A stretch of 64,000 bases of DNA, from positions 15,623-79,622 of the forward strand of contig BTUM01000031.1 of NCBI GenBank assembly GCA_045863235.1, given 5' to 3'. The translations under genes were made by a program, and so were the position numbers. The notes below the pieces were generated by a model that did no database searches, was not told the DNA's origin, and was given only the letters and a program-made list of their open reading frames with translations. Position 1 is the first letter of the stretch; each line of letters opens with the position of its first letter. Of the stretch, positions 60,721 through 64,000 are shown piece by piece. This DNA is from Candidatus Xenobia bacterium. GTDB taxonomy: Bacteria; Vulcanimicrobiota; Xenobia; Xenobiales; QWHO01.

Positions 60721-62601
60721 GTGGACTCCACAGCTCAGTCTTTCCGCATCGCGCTCGAGGCCGGGCGGGCCGCCGAGGCCGCCCGGCACCTGCGCGAGTA
60801 CGCCCGCCAGGGAACGCAGAGGCTCGAGCATGAGGCCCTCTCGGTCGAGCAGCTGCGCACGATGCTCGGCGACCTACCGGACCGACTTCAGGCGGCCTGG
60901 TGGGCGCTGCACCACCACCGGGCAGGAAACCATGCGGCCAGCGCGGCCTGGATCGCGTGGATGAGGAGCGACCAGGACGATTGGCGCAGGGAGGCTGCTC
61001 GCGCTTTGAGCCGCGGAATCGAGGGCCCCGAGTGGTGCGTCTGGCTGGTGGCCCGCCTCGCCGAGGTGGACGAAGAGGCCTGCCTGTCAGCTGCCGCAGA
61101 GGTTGGTCACACGCGCCTCGCCGCCTGGCTCAGACGCCTGGACCGGGTCGACCTGACCGAGAGACTGCCGCCCGAGCCGGCCGGGCCGCAGCACTTGCCA
61201 GGGACAATCCACCTGGAAATGACACTCCAATCGGCCTGGAGCTGCAGCTATCGAACTTACTCGGTCCCGGTTCCAGGCGGTATTCTCGATGCTGTTGAGC
61301 GCGCGGCGGGCGATGACCCCTTCCTTCCTCAAATGGAGCCCCGGCGCGGCCCCCTCGAAGACGAGCGCCTGGATGAGCTCCTTCGGAGCGACCAGGTCGA
61401 CCAGCTGGAATCCGACCTGAGCACGCGGTTCGGCTTCAACCGCGAGCCCCAGAGCCGCCTGTGGAACCTGGCCTACCTCGCGTTCTTTCAAACCGTCCAC
61501 GACCCGGACCTTGCTCACGAGGCGGCCGAGCTGGCCGGAATGTCGATCTGGGGCCGACTCGTCATGGACAACCTGGAGCAGCCCGAGCTGGCTTTGCGCT
61601 GGGCGCTCGAGGCACCGCCCCCCCGCAGACCTCGGCTGCTGGCGTTCCTTCTCCAGTCCCTGACAGGGAAGCCGGGCCTGGTCTACTCCCCCCGGCTGAC
61701 CGAGGAGCACGAGCGCCGTCTCGACCTGTCGGATGAGTTTCTGGCGGCCTGTCGCCTCGCTTTGCGCCTGGAGGATCTGACTCCGGTGGACCTGGACGAC
61801 TTTCTGGCCCTCCCCCCCGAGAGAAGCTGGGAGGTTCTCGAAGCGCTGGGAAACGGGCTGGCACGGCGCGATTTCGAGTGGGGCACCAAAGTCCGCGGCG
61901 AGGCGGAGCGGCGACGCGCCCAGGTCTTTTCCGCAGAGATCGCCCGAGCCCGGGACCCGCTGGAGCGCTGCCTTCTGGAGGCCGCCCGCGGCAACATCTC
62001 CGCCGTGCTGCCGTGCTTGTCTCGTCTCGAGAACAAGGGATACGAGGTCCGGGCTCGCCTCGGGAAGGCACTGGTCGAGCAGGGTCGGCTCCAGGACTTA
62101 CTCGAGTTGGGGGAGTTCGAGGACGAAGTTGCATACCTGTACGAGGCTCGCCGCGACTGGAGCCGAGCCAGGGAGAACCGCTCCCCCTGGAAGCTCCTGG
62201 CTCTAGCTCAGCGACAGCACCTGGTCGGAGACGAGTCGGCCGCCGTAACGACAATCCAGGAGCTTTTGTCCTCCGAGCTCGCCGAGCTCATCGACCCGGG
62301 GCAGTGCGCCTGGCTCCCCAACGACATACTGGACCCCATCCTGGAGCGCTGCCAGCGCAAGCTCAATGGAGACAGCGGCTGGTATCGGTTCGTCGACCTG
62401 CTGCTGGTCCCAGAGCTCAGAGGTCGAGTCAACTGGCTCTATGAGCGCGCGCTGTCACGACCCCACGAGGCCTATGCCATGGCTGCCGGACTCGTCGCCT
62501 TCGAGGATCAGGGCCGCGAGCTCTTCGACGTTTTCCGCGAGGCTGCGATTGGGCCAGGCACCCGCTCGCCTGGCCCGGATGCTCCGCCCGGGGCAGGCTA
62601 G
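60721..62601 (+). CDS. hypothetical alpha-helical protein
   Basis: 626-aa ORF rich in L/E/R/A, no recognisable motif. Confidence 0.65.
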   Translation: MDSTAQSFRIALEAGRAAEAARHLREYARQGTQRLEHEALSVEQLRTMLGDLPDRLQAAWWALHHHRAGNHAASAAWIAWMRSDQDDWRREAARALSRGIEGPEWCVWLVARLAEVDEEACLSAAAEVGHTRLAAWLRRLDRVDLTERLPPEPAGPQHLPGTIHLEMTLQSAWSCSYRTYSVPVPGGILDAVERAAGDDPFLPQMEPRRGPLEDERLDELLRSDQVDQLESDLSTRFGFNREPQSRLWNLAYLAFFQTVHDPDLAHEAAELAGMSIWGRLVMDNLEQPELALRWALEAPPPRRPRLLAFLLQSLTGKPGLVYSPRLTEEHERRLDLSDEFLAACRLALRLEDLTPVDLDDFLALPPERSWEVLEALGNGLARRDFEWGTKVRGEAERRRAQVFSAEIARARDPLERCLLEAARGNISAVLPCLSRLENKGYEVRARLGKALVEQGRLQDLLELGEFEDEVAYLYEARRDWSRARENRSPWKLLALAQRQHLVGDESAAVTTIQELLSSELAELIDPGQCAWLPNDILDPILERCQRKLNGDSGWYRFVDLLLVPELRGRVNWLYERALSRPHEAYAMAAGLVAFEDQGRELFDVFREAAIGPGTRSPGPDAPPGAG

Positions 62602-62704
62602 GACTGGTTGACCAGACCAAATGACGAATCGAGGTGCCACGGCCTGTAGCTGGCTCAGAATCCAACAGGCAGAACCACGCTGGACAGACAGAGACTGGTT
62701 GATC

Positions 62705-63328
62705 CAGCCCGAACGCGGGCTCAGGCCGCCTGTGAAAAACCGACGTTCCCCCCTTGTGGGGCCAGGCTCAGGCCTGACCCCCCACCCGAGCCCGAACGCC
62801 GGTTCGTTCGCCGGCGGGTGGAGCCAGGTTCAGGCCTGACCCCCGACGCCCGAACACCGGTTCGTTCCCGCCGGGGACAAACGGATGTTCGCTCCCCGGG
62901 TGGAGCCAGGCTCAACCCTGACTCCCGACCCGAGCCCGAACGGGGTTCGTTCCCGCCAGAGACAAACGGATGTTCGCACTCCATCACAGATGCTCGCGCC
63001 GGGTGAGCTCCGCTCACCCAAGCCCGAACGCGGGTTCATTCCCGGGCTCGTGAACGTTGGAGTTGCTCAGGCCTGACCCGAGCCCGAACGCGGGCTCGTT
63101 TCCTCCTGGGACAAATAGATCTTCGCTGCCCGGGCGCACCCAGGCTCAGGCCTGACCCCCGAACGCGAGTTCGTTCCCCGCTGGGGACAGACGAATGTTC
63201 GCGTCCCGGGTGGAGCCAGGCCCAGGCCTGACCCTCGAGCCGAGCCCGAACGCCGGTTCGTTCCCGCTGGGGACAAACGGATGTTCGCGGCCCGGGTGGA
63301 GCCCCATCACAGATGCTCGCGCCCGGGG
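62705..63328. repeat. mosaic array of short palindromic modules (BIME-like)
   Basis: CCCGAAC at 62708, 62791, 62849, 62935, 63023, 63083, 63158, 63245 with recurring TCAGGCCTGA, GGACAAACGGATGTTCGC, GGGTGGAGCCAGG. Confidence 0.9.
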
Positions 63329-63741
63329 CGTAAAAGCCCCTCGCGCTCGGCCTGCTCGACGAGCAGCAGGCGTTCTTCGCATTGATCGAGCCGCTGGGGG
63401 TGCAGCCCTCGATCTTGACGTCCAACCAAGCCCCGGTCGCTGGCAGAGCCGCGAGAGTCGGTTGAGCCACCGACTGTCACTCCATGCAGGTCCGCCCCGC
63501 CCAATGGCTCACCCCTCCAAGTCCACCCAGAGCCCGGTGCAGTATTGCACGAGAAGAACCGGCCTTCGAGGTGGCCAACACGTGGGCACCGACTTCTTCC
63601 TCGACTACGCTCATTCCGGCGCTGCCGCCAATGGCAGGGGTGCAACCTTGCCGGCTTGTTCAATCGATGACTCGTCGGGTTGACACGCCGCTGACCTCCA
63701 GTTGCCCGACTGACGTCACAACAACCCGCTAACCTGGCGCT

Positions 63742-63966
63742 GTGACGAGCAAACACATTCTTCTGGATACAGTGCTGGATGCTATGCTGGCCTGCCTATC
63801 CACGGCAATGGCTTCCTATCTCGCGTGGCAACTGGCCTACGAGGTCCTCGAGGGGTTCTATCCTCGCTGCGGTTGCGGTCCGATTCGCCATTTTCCTCAA
63901 GATTTCGACTTCTTGCTCGGCTTCTTCACCCTGATTCTGGCTCCAGGATTAACGACCACCAGCTAA
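63742..63966 (+). CDS. possible small membrane protein
   Basis: Two hydrophobic segments around RCGCG; weak codon bias. Confidence 0.35.
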   Translation: MTSKHILLDTVLDAMLACLSTAMASYLAWQLAYEVLEGFYPRCGCGPIRHFPQDFDFLLGFFTLILAPGLTTTS

Positions 63967-64000
63967 AGCTGGTGGATTTGAGTAAACGACTCAAGTCGTT

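Noticed and set aside
62705..63328. Possible CRISPR array or repeat-protein gene
   Set aside because: Inter-repeat segments are themselves repeated, spacing is irregular, and ORFs in all frames are short

Overview
High-GC, gene-dense bacterial chromosomal window with about 55 CDS. I found no rRNA, tRNA, CRISPR array, transposase or integrase. Housekeeping genes include recQ, a PrsA-like PPIase-mazG-DUF47-eno run, pcs, a HelY/Ski2-like helicase, an acyltransferase and an LLM oxidoreductase. They are interspersed with many orphan or secreted-looking proteins. Main observations: (1) Three otherwise unrelated large orphan proteins share a gap-free ~19-aa C-terminal motif, a candidate export or sorting signal. 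(2) Several normally extracellular hydrolases (GH-A glycosidase, two thermolysin-like peptidases, subtilisin, M48, CHAP-like amidase, anthrax-LF-like zincin) lack Sec/Tat signals and start with low-complexity leaders reminiscent of type III/flagellar substrates. A GGTTAAC box lies upstream of three of these peptidase genes and one membrane orphan. (3) A translationally coupled membrane protein / 1079-aa tubulin-like GTPase / zinc-ribbon operon lies 13 kb from a vWA / zinc-ribbon-propeller operon. (4) There is a PnuC-YdcF(DUF218) fusion. (5) Non-coding repeats comprise a 64-bp tandem, a 70-bp duplication, a dispersed hairpin element and a mosaic array. (6) There is a broken rhodanese gene missing from the ORF track. 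The protein style recalls Candidatus Eremiobacterota (Vulcanimicrobiota), but that is an unverified impression. All family calls come from motif recognition by eye, not database searches.
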